From an uncultured Gammaproteobacteria bacterium (GTDB lineage Bacteria > Pseudomonadota > Gammaproteobacteria > UBA9214): 64,000 nucleotides of DNA. The position numbers were made by a program, and so were the translations under genes. The notes below the pieces were generated by a model, which searched no databases, was not told where the DNA came from, and saw only the letters and a list, made by a program, of their open reading frames with translations. The stretch is from positions 39,716 through 103,715 of the forward strand of contig CAWHCQ010000040.1 of NCBI GenBank assembly GCA_963827755.1, written 5' to 3'. Below are positions 12,701 through 23,450 of this stretch, in pieces (positions within the stretch are counted from its first letter, which is position 1; each line of letters begins with the position of its first letter).

Positions 12701-13255
12701 ATGCCGGCAACATACTTCACAAACCCGCTGGAATTCCTGATCTCAACCCTGTTCAGCCTGTACATACTCGCGGTCATGCTGCGTTTTCTGCTGGGCGTGG
12801 TGCGCGCCGACTTCTACAACCCGGTCAGTCAGTTCCTGGTTCGCATTACCAATCCCCTGCTGGTGCCGCTGCGCAGGATAATTCCCGGCATCGGCAAATA
12901 TGACACCGCTGCCCTGGTACTGTTGCTGATTCTGCAACTGGTCTCGCTCGCCGTGACCATTTTACTGCGCGGCGGCAACATCATGTTCCTTGACCTGCTG
13001 ATGCATGCTGTTTTCGAAATCGTTTTACTGATGATCAATGTCTTCATCATCGCGATCTTCGTGCAGGTCATCCTTAGCTGGATAAATCCCGGCACTTACA
13101 ACGCTGTCACTGCCATGCTCTCCAGTCTCACCAGCCCGCTGCTGCAGCCTGTCCAGCGCCTGCTGCCACCCGTTGCCGGCATGGATCTGTCCCCGCTGTT
13201 TGCACTTATCGGCCTGCAGGTCCTGAAGATGCTGGTGATGCCGCTGATTGCCTGA
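12701..13255 (+). CDS. yggT: YggT family membrane protein
   Basis: RADFYNPVSQF, MDLSP; follows proC. Confidence 0.9.
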   Translation: MPATYFTNPLEFLISTLFSLYILAVMLRFLLGVVRADFYNPVSQFLVRITNPLLVPLRRIIPGIGKYDTAALVLLLILQLVSLAVTILLRGGNIMFLDLLMHAVFEIVLLMINVFIIAIFVQVILSWINPGTYNAVTAMLSSLTSPLLQPVQRLLPPVAGMDLSPLFALIGLQVLKMLVMPLIA

Positions 13256-13349
13256 CACCCATGCCAGGAGCAGTCACCGGCAACCGCAACGTCGCCAACC
13301 CGGCTGCAATGGTCTATGGTTACAATCAGGAGGTCATCGGGAACTGACA

Positions 13350-13799
13350 ATGAATCCGGCACGTATTTCAATTGCATTATTACTGGCGCTCACCTGCCTG
13401 GCCCCGCCCGGTCTACTGGCGGAAAACTCCAAAGACTTTGGCGAATACGTGGTCCATTTCAATGCACTGGCCACCGATATGCTGCCGTCGAGAGTCGCAC
13501 GTGATTACCGTATCGTGCGCAGCCGCAACCGCGGCATGCTCAACATCACGGTCCTGAAGAAAGTGCCGGACAGCCTCGCCCGGCCGGTGCCTGCCAGGGT
13601 TGAGGCGCATGCCAGGAACCTTGTCGGCCAGGGTCGTGATATCAAGCTGCGCGAAATACGCGAGGGCAGTGCCATCTATTATCTCGGTGAGTTCCGTATC
13701 ACCCATGAAGAGACCCTGAAATTCAGCATCAGGGCACAGCCGCTGGGGAGCGAGGAAATACTCGAAGCGGATTTCAGCCAGGACTTCTACACCCGTTGA
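13350..13799 (+). CDS. DUF4426 family exported protein
   Basis: Signal peptide, VHFNAL, VARDYRIVRSRNRGMLNI, EGSAIYY. Confidence 0.8.
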   Translation: MNPARISIALLLALTCLAPPGLLAENSKDFGEYVVHFNALATDMLPSRVARDYRIVRSRNRGMLNITVLKKVPDSLARPVPARVEAHARNLVGQGRDIKLREIREGSAIYYLGEFRITHEETLKFSIRAQPLGSEEILEADFSQDFYTR

Positions 13800-13894
13800 A
13801 CCCCCACCGCCGCGGCCCGGGCCGACCCTGGCGCGGCAATCCCGTGCAAAAAAATCCCGCGAAATGTGGTTAATTTTCGCAAATTGACAGGATA

Positions 13895-15277
13895 ATGAGA
13901 GAAAAATCCCCGAACTCCAGAAACTGGCGCGAACTCCTGTCCATCTACCGCCATCCCCGCGTGCTGGGGATGATCTGCCTGGGTTTCTCGGCGGGATTGC
14001 CATTCCTGCTGGTTTTTTCGACGCTGTCCGCCTGGTTAAGGGATATCGGCATTGCCCGCACTACCATCGGCTTCTTCAGCTGGGTGGGTATCACCTACTC
14101 CATCAAGTTCTTCTGGGCACCCGTGGTCGACCGGTTGCCGTTGCCGGGGCTGACCACGCGGCTGGGAAAAAGGCGCGGCTGGATGCTCGCCGCGCAATGC
14201 ACCATCGCCCTCGGCCTGGCAGGCATGGCCCTGACCAATCCGCATAATGAACTGGCACAACTGACGTTTTTCGCCTTGCTGGTCGCCTTTGGTTCCGCGA
14301 CCCAGGACATCACGGTCGACGCCTATCGCATCGAAGCCGTGAAACAGAGCCTGCAGGGCGCCATGGCAGCCACCTATGTTTTCGGATACCGGGTCGCCCT
14401 GCTGGTCGCCGGCGCCGGCGCTTTTTACATGGCTGAGGCCTGGTCCTGGCCGGCTGCCTACCTCGTCATGGCCGCACTCATGGGCGTTGGCATCTGCACG
14501 ACACTGATCATCCGCGAGCCTGTGCATGTTACCGACGCGCGCACCCGGGAACTGGAAGAACAGCTGGAAAGGTCGATCGGGGTCGTGGAAAAACGCACCC
14601 GGCTCGCACGTTTCATCGCCTGGTTCTCGGATGCCGTGGCCAGCCCGTTTGTGGAATTCTTCCAGCGCAACGGCGCAATGGCGGTCATCATCCTGCTGCT
14701 GGTCGGCACCTACAAGATCAGTGATATCACCATGGGCGTAATGGCCAACCCCTTCTACCTCGACCTCGGCTTCAGCAAAACAGAGATTGCAAACATCACC
14801 AAGGTCTTCGGCTTCTTCATGACCATCGCAGGCGCCGCCCTCGGTGGCCTGCTGGTGTTGCGCTACGGCATGCTGCGTCCCCTGCTGGTCGGCGCCATCC
14901 TCATCATGACGACCAATCTGCTGTTCGTCTGGCTGGCCGTCGGTGAACCCGGCCTGGTATCACTGGCAATCGTCATCAGCGCAGACAACCTGGGTGGCGG
15001 GTTTGCAACGTCGGCCTTTATCGCCTACCTGTCGAGCCTCACCAACACGGCCTACACGGCAACCCAGTACGCACTGTTCAGTTCCCTGATGACGCTCCCG
15101 GCGAAGTTCATCGGCGGTTTTTCCGGCTGGGTCGTGGATACAACGGACTACGCCACGTTCTTCCTCTACGCGGGTCTCCTCGGGCTGCCGGCCATCCTGC
15201 TGGTGCTGTATCTGCTCCGCCAGCAGCACCGGGATGGCGTGGACACCCCTGAAACCGGGCTCTATCGAGAATCCTGA
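13895..15277 (+). CDS. ampG: AmpG family muropeptide MFS transporter
   Basis: LGFSAGLPF, KFFWAPVVD, SATQDITVDAYRIE, TATQYALFSS. Confidence 0.93.
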   Translation: MREKSPNSRNWRELLSIYRHPRVLGMICLGFSAGLPFLLVFSTLSAWLRDIGIARTTIGFFSWVGITYSIKFFWAPVVDRLPLPGLTTRLGKRRGWMLAAQCTIALGLAGMALTNPHNELAQLTFFALLVAFGSATQDITVDAYRIEAVKQSLQGAMAATYVFGYRVALLVAGAGAFYMAEAWSWPAAYLVMAALMGVGICTTLIIREPVHVTDARTRELEEQLERSIGVVEKRTRLARFIAWFSDAVASPFVEFFQRNGAMAVIILLLVGTYKISDITMGVMANPFYLDLGFSKTEIANITKVFGFFMTIAGAALGGLLVLRYGMLRPLLVGAILIMTTNLLFVWLAVGEPGLVSLAIVISADNLGGGFATSAFIAYLSSLTNTAYTATQYALFSSLMTLPAKFIGGFSGWVVDTTDYATFFLYAGLLGLPAILLVLYLLRQQHRDGVDTPETGLYRES

Positions 15278-15430
15278 AAAAACCGTCACGTTATCGCAAC
15301 TGACTGTTTATATGGATTTATATGAATTGCCCTACATGAAAATCAGCTCCTGATTCCCTGCAGTATGCAGGGTTATGGGGCACGCGCCGGGCGTCTTCGG
15401 TTAACCTTTGCAGGGTGCAGGAGTGAATCC

Positions 15431-15631
15431 ATGCTTGAACGACGCAACAAGGGAAAACGCCGCTGGGGCCTCGCTAACGGGTTCCCGCTAAAAGACTGTA
15501 ACGGTATCGCCGTCATCGCCGAGCGACGGCGTATGGCTGACCGTCGCCTGACCAATACCTCGCTGGAAGAACGCCTGATGATGCTCTCCGAAATGCCGCT
15601 GCTTCACCCCGAGCAGAAGAAAAAGCACTAG
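15431..15631 (+). CDS. Small Arg-rich hypothetical protein with ERR/DRR motifs
   Basis: GGAG RBS before ATG 15431; MLERRNKGKRR...FPLKDCNG...ERRRMADRR. Confidence 0.6.
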   Translation: MLERRNKGKRRWGLANGFPLKDCNGIAVIAERRRMADRRLTNTSLEERLMMLSEMPLLHPEQKKKH

Positions 15632-15762
15632 GAGCTGTCACGGAGGACACTGCGCCGCGAGAAAGCCATTTTCCGATCCCCGTCAAAAGCTACGGCATTC
15701 TCCTCGAACGATCGAAAAATGACTCGTTCTCATGGCTCGCAGATCCCCAAGTCGACAGCTAG
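15629..15762. repeat. Degenerate MITE-like long hairpin
   Basis: agctgtc (15633-15639) / gacagct (15754-15760) termini with TAG at both ends; internal ctgcg/cgcag and cgatc/gatcg pairing. Confidence 0.5.
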
Positions 15763-15780
15763 GATTTGAAATTTTTGCCC

Positions 15781-15826
15781 ACGACTGCGGGATGCAGGGG
15801 GTAGTGTAATGCAGGAGCAATTACCG
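15781..15826 (+). repeat. ANGGA double-hairpin module, copy 1
   Basis: Close copy of 16727-16774; sits in the loop of tttgccc/gggcaaa. Confidence 0.7.
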
Positions 15827-15842
15827 AGAGGGCAAAGATCTT

Positions 15843-16616
15843 CTACAACTCATAGTCGTAATCCATAATCAGCGGTGCATGATCTGAAAAACGCTTGTCC
15901 TTGTAGATACGCGCCGCCTGCACGGTCTTGCCGATTGCGGGTGATGTCACCTGGTAGTCGATCCGCCAACCGACGTTTTTTGCCCAGGCCTGGCCACGAT
16001 TCGACCACCAGGTGTACTGGTCCGGCTTGTCGTTGACGACACGAAATGCATCAACGAAGCCTGCCCGGCCGAACAGATCATCCATCCAGGCGCGTTCCTC
16101 GGGAAGAAAGCCGGAATTTTTCCGGTTACCGCGCCAGTTTTTCAGGTCAATCTCCCTGTGCGCGATATTCCAGTCGCCGCAGAGCACATACTCACGCCGC
16201 TTCAGCCTGAGCTTGTTTAAATAAGGCATGAATCGATCGAGAAAACCGAACTTGACGGCCTGGCGCTCCTCGCTGGAAGAACCTGAGGGCAGGTAAACCG
16301 AAATCACGCTCAAGGCCCCGAAGCGTGCCTCGATATAACGTCCTTCCGCATCCATGTCAGGCCAGCCCAGCCCGGGAATGACCTTGTCCGGTTTGCGCCT
16401 GCTGTAGATGGCAACTCCGCTGTAGCCCTTTTTTTCGGCATCATGGAAAAAGGCATGCCAGCCGCGCGGCCAGAATACCTTGTCCTCCAGTTGCGAAACC
16501 CGGGCCCTGGTTTCCTGGAGACAGACCACGTCGGCACGCTGGCGCACCATCCACTGGAAAAAACCCTTTTTTGCGGCTGCACGAATACCGTTTACATTGA
16601 CCGTGATGATGCGCAT
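15843..16616 (-). CDS. xth: Exodeoxyribonuclease III (ExoA/Crc-locus type)
   Basis: MRIITVNVNGIRAA, CLQE, GDWNIAH, GWRIDY, SDHAP. Confidence 0.92.
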   Translation of the reverse strand: MRIITVNVNGIRAAAKKGFFQWMVRQRADVVCLQETRARVSQLEDKVFWPRGWHAFFHDAEKKGYSGVAIYSRRKPDKVIPGLGWPDMDAEGRYIEARFGALSVISVYLPSGSSSEERQAVKFGFLDRFMPYLNKLRLKRREYVLCGDWNIAHREIDLKNWRGNRKNSGFLPEERAWMDDLFGRAGFVDAFRVVNDKPDQYTWWSNRGQAWAKNVGWRIDYQVTSPAIGKTVQAARIYKDKRFSDHAPLIMDYDYEL

Positions 16617-16690
16617 GGTATTTCCCGTTTCAACCCGATATGCATGATATAGCAAGATGTACGGATATACCGCAGTCCTGCAAAGGCTTT

Positions 16691-16950
16691 GCCACTGAGG
16701 GCACAGAGAACAAAACATTCTCGCGCACGACTGCAGGGATGCAGGAGGTAGAGCAATGCATGGAGCAATTGCCGCAAAGGCGCAAAGAAATTCATTATTA
16801 CTCCTGTTTCTATATGCCCTGGAGATTACGCACACATACGAATGCATGCTGTATATTTGATTGGTAATAATTGTAATTCCTGGATTTCCCTGGCGGCTTT
16901 GCGCGATATTTATTTTCTGTATACTCTGTGCCCTCTGTGTTCTCTGTGGC
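16691..16950. repeat. Nested inverted repeat (CACAGAG/CTCTGTG and CGCAAAG/CTTTGCG units) containing ANGGA module copy 2 (16727-16774)
   Basis: gagggcacagag pairs with ctctgtgccctc; tcgcgc[module]aaagg pairs with ctttgcgcga. Confidence 0.65.
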
Positions 16951-16968
16951 AATAAAGACTTCCCCTGA

Positions 16969-17613
16969 ATGAAAGACTACCAGCACGAATTTATCGACTT
17001 CGCCATTAATGCCGGCGTGCTGCGCTTTGGCGATTTCACCCTGAAATCCGGGCGCACCAGCCCGTATTTCTTCAATGCAGGACTGTTCAATGATGGTGAA
17101 CAGCTGGCGCGCCTGGGGCGTTTCTACGCACAGGCCATTACCGACAGCAAGACGGGGTTTGACGTGCTCTTTGGTCCGGCCTACAAGGGTATCCCGCTGG
17201 CAGCGGCAACCAGCATTGCGCTGGCCGACCATCACCGGCGGAACGTACCCTGGTGTTTTAATCGCAAGGAGGCCAAGGACCACGGCGAAGGCGGCAACCT
17301 GGTCGGTGCCGGCCTGAACGGCCGGGTACTCATCATCGATGATGTCATCACCGCCGGCACTGCGATTCGCGAAGCCCTCGAAATTATTCACAGCGCCGGG
17401 GCAACCCCGGCCGGCGTGGTGATCGCACTCGACCGCCAGGAAAGGGGGCAAGGCAGGACTTCAGCCATCCAGGAGGTCGAAGCGACCCTGAAGATCCCGG
17501 TCACCAGCATTATCAAGCTGGAACACCTGCTGGAATACCTGCAGGACCAGCCCGCACGCGGAAAGGACGTTGCAAGGATACAGGCCTACCGGGAAGAGTA
17601 CGGTGTGTCCTGA
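16969..17613 (+). CDS. pyrE: Orotate phosphoribosyltransferase
   Basis: [36 protein letters not shown]. Confidence 0.97.
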   Translation: MKDYQHEFIDFAINAGVLRFGDFTLKSGRTSPYFFNAGLFNDGEQLARLGRFYAQAITDSKTGFDVLFGPAYKGIPLAAATSIALADHHRRNVPWCFNRKEAKDHGEGGNLVGAGLNGRVLIIDDVITAGTAIREALEIIHSAGATPAGVVIALDRQERGQGRTSAIQEVEATLKIPVTSIIKLEHLLEYLQDQPARGKDVARIQAYREEYGVS

Positions 17614-17619
17614 CGGCAC

Positions 17620-18375
17620 TCAGCCGAGTATTAATTTGATGCCGACCAGCAGGGTGACGATTTCAAAGCCACGCTTGATCCAGCGGTTGCCCGACTTGAT
17701 GGCCATGTGCGCACCCAGGTAGCCGCCAAGCAGGGAACCGGCCAGCAGGACCGGTAACCAGTCCCAGCGGATTTCGGTGAGTATTCCAAGTGTTAATGCC
17801 CCGCTGGCGTTCCAGAACAGGCCGACAAGGATCAGTGTGTAGGCAATCGCCCGGCGATAGTCCAGCCCAAACCAGCGCACCAGCCAGAGGGTGACGAACA
17901 GCCCGGTGCCAGAGGTCAGCGAACCGTTCAGGACGCCGATCCCGAACAGCACCAGCCCGCCAACCAGCACGCCCGTACGATCACGGTGGACCGGCACCAC
18001 GATTTGCCCCAAACCCGGGTTGAGCATGGAATAAACCCCCAATCCCGCCGTCAGGATACCCAGGCTCATTTCCGCGCCGCGTTCAGGTACACTGAGAATG
18101 ATATTTGCGCCAAGCACCACCCCGGGCAGGCCAAAGGCCAGGATATAGCTAACCAGGCGGCGTTCCAGCCTTTCTTCTCTCAAGTGCCTGATTGTCGCGC
18201 CGATACCTAAGGCAACACTGGCGACTTTATGTGTTCCCAGGGCCACACCAAAAGGCAGTCCGAGAAAGATGAGGGCCGGAAGCTGGATCAGGCCGGCTCC
18301 ACCGCCTGAAAATGCGGAGAACAGATTGGCCACCAGGGAAATCAGGAAAAGAGAAAATTGCTCAAGTGCGTTCAC
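17620..18375 (-). CDS. Sulfite exporter TauE/SafE family protein
   Basis: SGGGAGLIQLPAL; multi-TM with internal repeat. Confidence 0.8.
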   Translation of the reverse strand: MNALEQFSLFLISLVANLFSAFSGGGAGLIQLPALIFLGLPFGVALGTHKVASVALGIGATIRHLREERLERRLVSYILAFGLPGVVLGANIILSVPERGAEMSLGILTAGLGVYSMLNPGLGQIVVPVHRDRTGVLVGGLVLFGIGVLNGSLTSGTGLFVTLWLVRWFGLDYRRAIAYTLILVGLFWNASGALTLGILTEIRWDWLPVLLAGSLLGGYLGAHMAIKSGNRWIKRGFEIVTLLVGIKLILG

Positions 18376-18455
18376 AGTTGTTCCCGGTTCGCGCTAGTAT
18401 TGGCCGAGGAAGTCATGACTCAGGATACCGCCTACACTCCGGTAATAGTTAGCTG

Positions 18456-19085
18456 ATGAAATTTGCTTCGATAACTGTTTTTTCGACCCTGCTGGCCTGG
18501 GGCCTTTTATACGGCCCGGTGGCTGGTGCCTTTGTCTATAAATGGGTCGATGACCAGGGCGAGGTCCATTACAGTGACAGCGTACCTCCTGAATACTCTG
18601 ACAAGGAGCGCAAAAAAATCAACGAACAGGGCAGGACCGTCAAGGTGCTCGAAGCCGCCAAGACCCCTGAGGAAGTTGCCGAAGAGAATCGCCTGGAGGC
18701 CCTCAGGCTGGAGCAACTGCAGCAGGCCGAAGACCGGGCAAGGAAAGACAACGTCCTGCTGGCAACCTATTCCAGTGAAGATGATTTACTGAAGACACGG
18801 GACGGCAGACTGGCGTCACTGGAAGGCCTGATACAATTGACCCACAGACGCATCAGGTCCATGAACCATCGCATCAAACAACTCACGGAAGATGCCGCAG
18901 ACTTCGAGCGCAGCGGAAAGCCGGTTCCCGAAATGCTCTCTCGCCAGATTGAAAATATCCGCTCCCAGACTATCGAGAACGAGTCCTTTATACTGGTTAA
19001 AAAGGCTGAACAGGCGGAAATCGAAAAAGAGTTCGAGGAAGATATTAAACGTTTCCGTGCCTTGAAAAAAGAAAATCAGGAATAA
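18456..19085 (+). CDS. DUF4124 domain exported protein
   Basis: Signal peptide, VYKWVDDQGEVHYSDSVPP, coiled-coil tail. Confidence 0.85.
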   Translation: MKFASITVFSTLLAWGLLYGPVAGAFVYKWVDDQGEVHYSDSVPPEYSDKERKKINEQGRTVKVLEAAKTPEEVAEENRLEALRLEQLQQAEDRARKDNVLLATYSSEDDLLKTRDGRLASLEGLIQLTHRRIRSMNHRIKQLTEDAADFERSGKPVPEMLSRQIENIRSQTIENESFILVKKAEQAEIEKEFEEDIKRFRALKKENQE

Positions 19086-19088
19086 TAT

Positions 19089-20015
<927 letters not shown>

Positions 20016-20091
20016 TCAGGTTCCTGCAGAGTGTACGCGGGAAAAAGGTGAACTAACAAGTGATCCGGGTTTTTTAAAAATCCCGGTAATT

Positions 20092-22758
20092 CTAGAACGG
20101 CAAATCGAGACCGGTGTCAACCTGCTGAATGACGCGCCTGAATTCACCCATGATGCGCATCAGGGCCGCATCATTGTCGGCCTCGAATCGCAACACCAGT
20201 ACCGGCGTTGTATTGGATGCACGGATCAGGCCCCAACCATCATCAAAATCAGCACGCAACCCATCGATCGTGGAGACCGTGGCATCACCAAAATGTGCCG
20301 TCTCCAGCAGCTTGTTCATAAACACCGGCGGTTCACCTTCCTGCATCTGCACATTCAGTTCAGGCGTGTTGATGCTGTCCGGCAGGCCGGCAAATACTTC
20401 AGCAGAGGGACGCTTGTCCTTGCCCAGTATTTCCAGCAGGCGTGCGCCCGCATAGAGGGCATCATCAAAACCAAACCAGCGTTCACTGATAAAGATATGG
20501 CCACTCATCTCACCCGCCAGCAGTGCGCCGGTTTCCTTGATCTTTGCCTTGATAAAGGAGTGCCCGGTCTTCCACATCAGTGGCTTGCCGCCGTGCTCAC
20601 GTATCATCTTGTCGAGATGGCGGGTACATTTAACATCGTAGATGATCTGGGCGCCGGGATTCCGCGTGAGGATATCCAGGGCATACAGCATGAGGACACG
20701 GTCCGGCCAGATAATATCGCCCCCGGAGGAAACCACCCCGAGACGATCGCCATCACCGTCAAAGGCGAGGCCAAGATCCGCCTGGTTCGCGGCAACCGCC
20801 TTGATCAGGTCCTTCAGGTTCTCGGGCTTGCTCGGATCCGGGTGGTGGTTCGGGAAGTTGCCATCCACCTCACAGAAAAGTTCGATCACCGTGCAGCCAA
20901 GCTTTTTCAGCAGTTGCGGTAGAACACCGCCCGCAACCCCGTTGCCGCAGTCAACCACCACCTTGAGTGGCCTGGAAACAGCCACGTCTTTGCAAATACG
21001 TTCGATATAAGCGGGAACGATATCACGCGCATTCACCCGGCCCTGGCCGGAAATGAAGTTTTTCGCCTCGATACGCTCGCGTAACTGCTGGATGGACTGA
21101 CCCGAGAGGGTCTCACCATCAATCATTATTTTCAGACCATTGTAATCCGGTGGATTGTGACTGCCGGTCACGATAACACCGCTATGGGTATCCAGGCTGT
21201 GCGTTGCAAAGTACAGGACCGGCGTGGGTACGCAACCGACATCCGTCACATTACAGCCCGTACTTGTAATACCTTCTGTCAGGGCCTCGGCAAGCTTGCG
21301 GCCCGACAAGCGGCCATCACGACCAACAACGATCGTATCCCGCCCCCGCTGCAGGGCTTCACTGCCAATGGCCCGGCCGATCAGTTTGACAGCCGCGACC
21401 GTCAGCGTCTGATCGACGATTCCACGAATGTCATAGGCCCTGAATATTGACGCATCAATACCGGTGTTTTCGTGGGTAGCGGGTGTATTATCCAGCGGAA
21501 CTTCCTCCACAATCAGATTATCACTCGGTATGGCGGAATCATATTTTGCCGCCACCCCTTCTTTCATATCCGGCACCCTGGTTTCTTCTTCGGCGGGCCA
21601 TTCCTGCGAGGCTGCCCGGGTGTCATTCGCTGCATCCCTTTCCCGAGGTGCAGCGTTGCCCGACTTATGGACAATTCCGCCGCCGGCAAGCTGGGTCATG
21701 AACTCGATCGAGGCACGCATCTCGACCAGGCCAACGGGGTATTCACGCCGCACGCGCCCGTCGCGGTAATCCTTGATCAGGGTTGCCATGCTGGCCTGAT
21801 CCAGGCGCAGCGCGGCATTGAGCCGGCGAAACAATACCATGATCAGGGCAATAATAGCCGTCGCCGATGACAGAAATGCAGCCAGCACCCAGATACTCAG
21901 GCTGTCCAGGTACATCAGGCTGCTCATGGCCGGCCAGTAGGCAACCTGCCAGCGGCTGTCCCCGATCTTCAAGACCCGTTCTGCAGCGCCACTATTGAGG
22001 GCCGCGTCACCTGAAGATGCAACCTTTATCTGCGAACCCTGGACACCGGACTGCTGCAACTCGATATAGCCATTGAGCTCCGGCAGATTATCGAGGATAT
22101 CCTGTAAAATGTTATTCGCTAACGACAGCATGATATGCCCGACGACACCGCTTCCCGCCGGGTCCATTACCCGGCGCACAATATTCACATGCTGCTGCGG
22201 TGAATTCACCAGGTGAACCTCGATCGGCGGCACCTTTTTACCCTGTTCTGCGGCACGAAGCTGGGTCAGCGCCGCATAACTGAGCGGCGGTGAAGCCTGC
22301 AAGTCGATCGTCTCGATACCCGGCAGCAACAGGCGCAAATTAATCGCATCCGGGTAAGCGTAACGCAGTGATTCTTCTCTTGCCTGTAATGCGCCCCGGG
22401 TGCCACTCATGAGCAATTCGGCAAGGCCGGGGTCTTTGGCCAGCATCGATACACTTGCGCCATAGTGATCCACCACAGCAGAGACGCGCGCTGCCACCTG
22501 TTCCGTAACCAGGCTGGCTTCATTTTCAATTGCGCGCGTAATCGTCCCGGACATCAGCTGGAAACAGAACGCGGCAAGCACACCCAGTAATAACACGGCC
22601 GCAAGCAGGAGTTGCATGCGGACCCTGGCAAGGCTGGCGGTCTTGCTGCCACCCGCCAGTTGCGGTAGCGGCGTTGAGGCCGGTGTGCCGTCTTCTTTCT
22701 TCCTGCCCCTGAAGAAGCCAGGAAGTATAGATTTGCTTGTAATATCAGCTACGCCCAT
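20092..22758 (-). CDS. algC: Phosphomannomutase/phosphoglucomutase with long membrane-anchored N-terminal extension
   Basis: C-terminal half IFRAYDIRG, VTGSHNP, FDGDGDR, GEMSGH; lies between dut and argB. Confidence 0.92.
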   Translation of the reverse strand: MGVADITSKSILPGFFRGRKKEDGTPASTPLPQLAGGSKTASLARVRMQLLLAAVLLLGVLAAFCFQLMSGTITRAIENEASLVTEQVAARVSAVVDHYGASVSMLAKDPGLAELLMSGTRGALQAREESLRYAYPDAINLRLLLPGIETIDLQASPPLSYAALTQLRAAEQGKKVPPIEVHLVNSPQQHVNIVRRVMDPAGSGVVGHIMLSLANNILQDILDNLPELNGYIELQQSGVQGSQIKVASSGDAALNSGAAERVLKIGDSRWQVAYWPAMSSLMYLDSLSIWVLAAFLSSATAIIALIMVLFRRLNAALRLDQASMATLIKDYRDGRVRREYPVGLVEMRASIEFMTQLAGGGIVHKSGNAAPRERDAANDTRAASQEWPAEEETRVPDMKEGVAAKYDSAIPSDNLIVEEVPLDNTPATHENTGIDASIFRAYDIRGIVDQTLTVAAVKLIGRAIGSEALQRGRDTIVVGRDGRLSGRKLAEALTEGITSTGCNVTDVGCVPTPVLYFATHSLDTHSGVIVTGSHNPPDYNGLKIMIDGETLSGQSIQQLRERIEAKNFISGQGRVNARDIVPAYIERICKDVAVSRPLKVVVDCGNGVAGGVLPQLLKKLGCTVIELFCEVDGNFPNHHPDPSKPENLKDLIKAVAANQADLGLAFDGDGDRLGVVSSGGDIIWPDRVLMLYALDILTRNPGAQIIYDVKCTRHLDKMIREHGGKPLMWKTGHSFIKAKIKETGALLAGEMSGHIFISERWFGFDDALYAGARLLEILGKDKRPSAEVFAGLPDSINTPELNVQMQEGEPPVFMNKLLETAHFGDATVSTIDGLRADFDDGWGLIRASNTTPVLVLRFEADNDAALMRIMGEFRRVIQQVDTGLDLPF

Positions 22759-22994
22759 AGTCCGCCATTCCAGTTGAATGATTAGTTACCTGTAAGGCAG
22801 CTATCGGCAGGCCTGTATATATCATTAAGTGTGAAAATCCCCGGGAACGGGAACATCCTGGCGGGCATTTCAGGGAACATTCAAGACCCGCTTCACGGAA
22901 TCACGTCAAAGGCCCTGTTTTTTTATAATAATCTATTAAAAACAATCAGATATGAATTATTCAGGGCAGCCTGGAGTATGAACAGGCCTGCGGG

Positions 22995-23450
22995 CTAACC
23001 ACGGCCCGTGTGACCAAAGCCGCCGGCGCCGCGCTTGCTGGCGACAAACTCTTCAACAATCTCAAAATCCGCGTGCACCACGGGGACAATGACCATCTGC
23101 GCAATACGTTCGCCGGGCTCGACCGTGAAGGACTTGTCGCCACGGTTCCAGCAGGATACAAACACCTGCCCCTGGTAATCCGAATCGATCAAACCCACCA
23201 GGTTGCCGAGCACGATTCCGTGCTTGTGTCCCAGCCCGGAACGCGGCAACAGGATGGCTGCCAGGCCCGGGTCCTCGACATGAATGGCCATACCGGTCGG
23301 TATCAGGTGTGTTTCACCGGGAGCCATTTCCAGCGCCTCGTCAACACAGGCGCGCAAGTCCATCCCGGCAGATCCGTCAGTGGCATAGTGTGGTAACGGG
23401 AATTCCCCGCCAAGGCGCGGATCAAGGATCTTAAGCTGAATCTTTTGCAT
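22995..23450 (-). CDS. dut: dUTP diphosphatase
   Basis: [32 protein letters not shown]. Confidence 0.97.
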   Translation of the reverse strand: MQKIQLKILDPRLGGEFPLPHYATDGSAGMDLRACVDEALEMAPGETHLIPTGMAIHVEDPGLAAILLPRSGLGHKHGIVLGNLVGLIDSDYQGQVFVSCWNRGDKSFTVEPGERIAQMVIVPVVHADFEIVEEFVASKRGAGGFGHTGRG

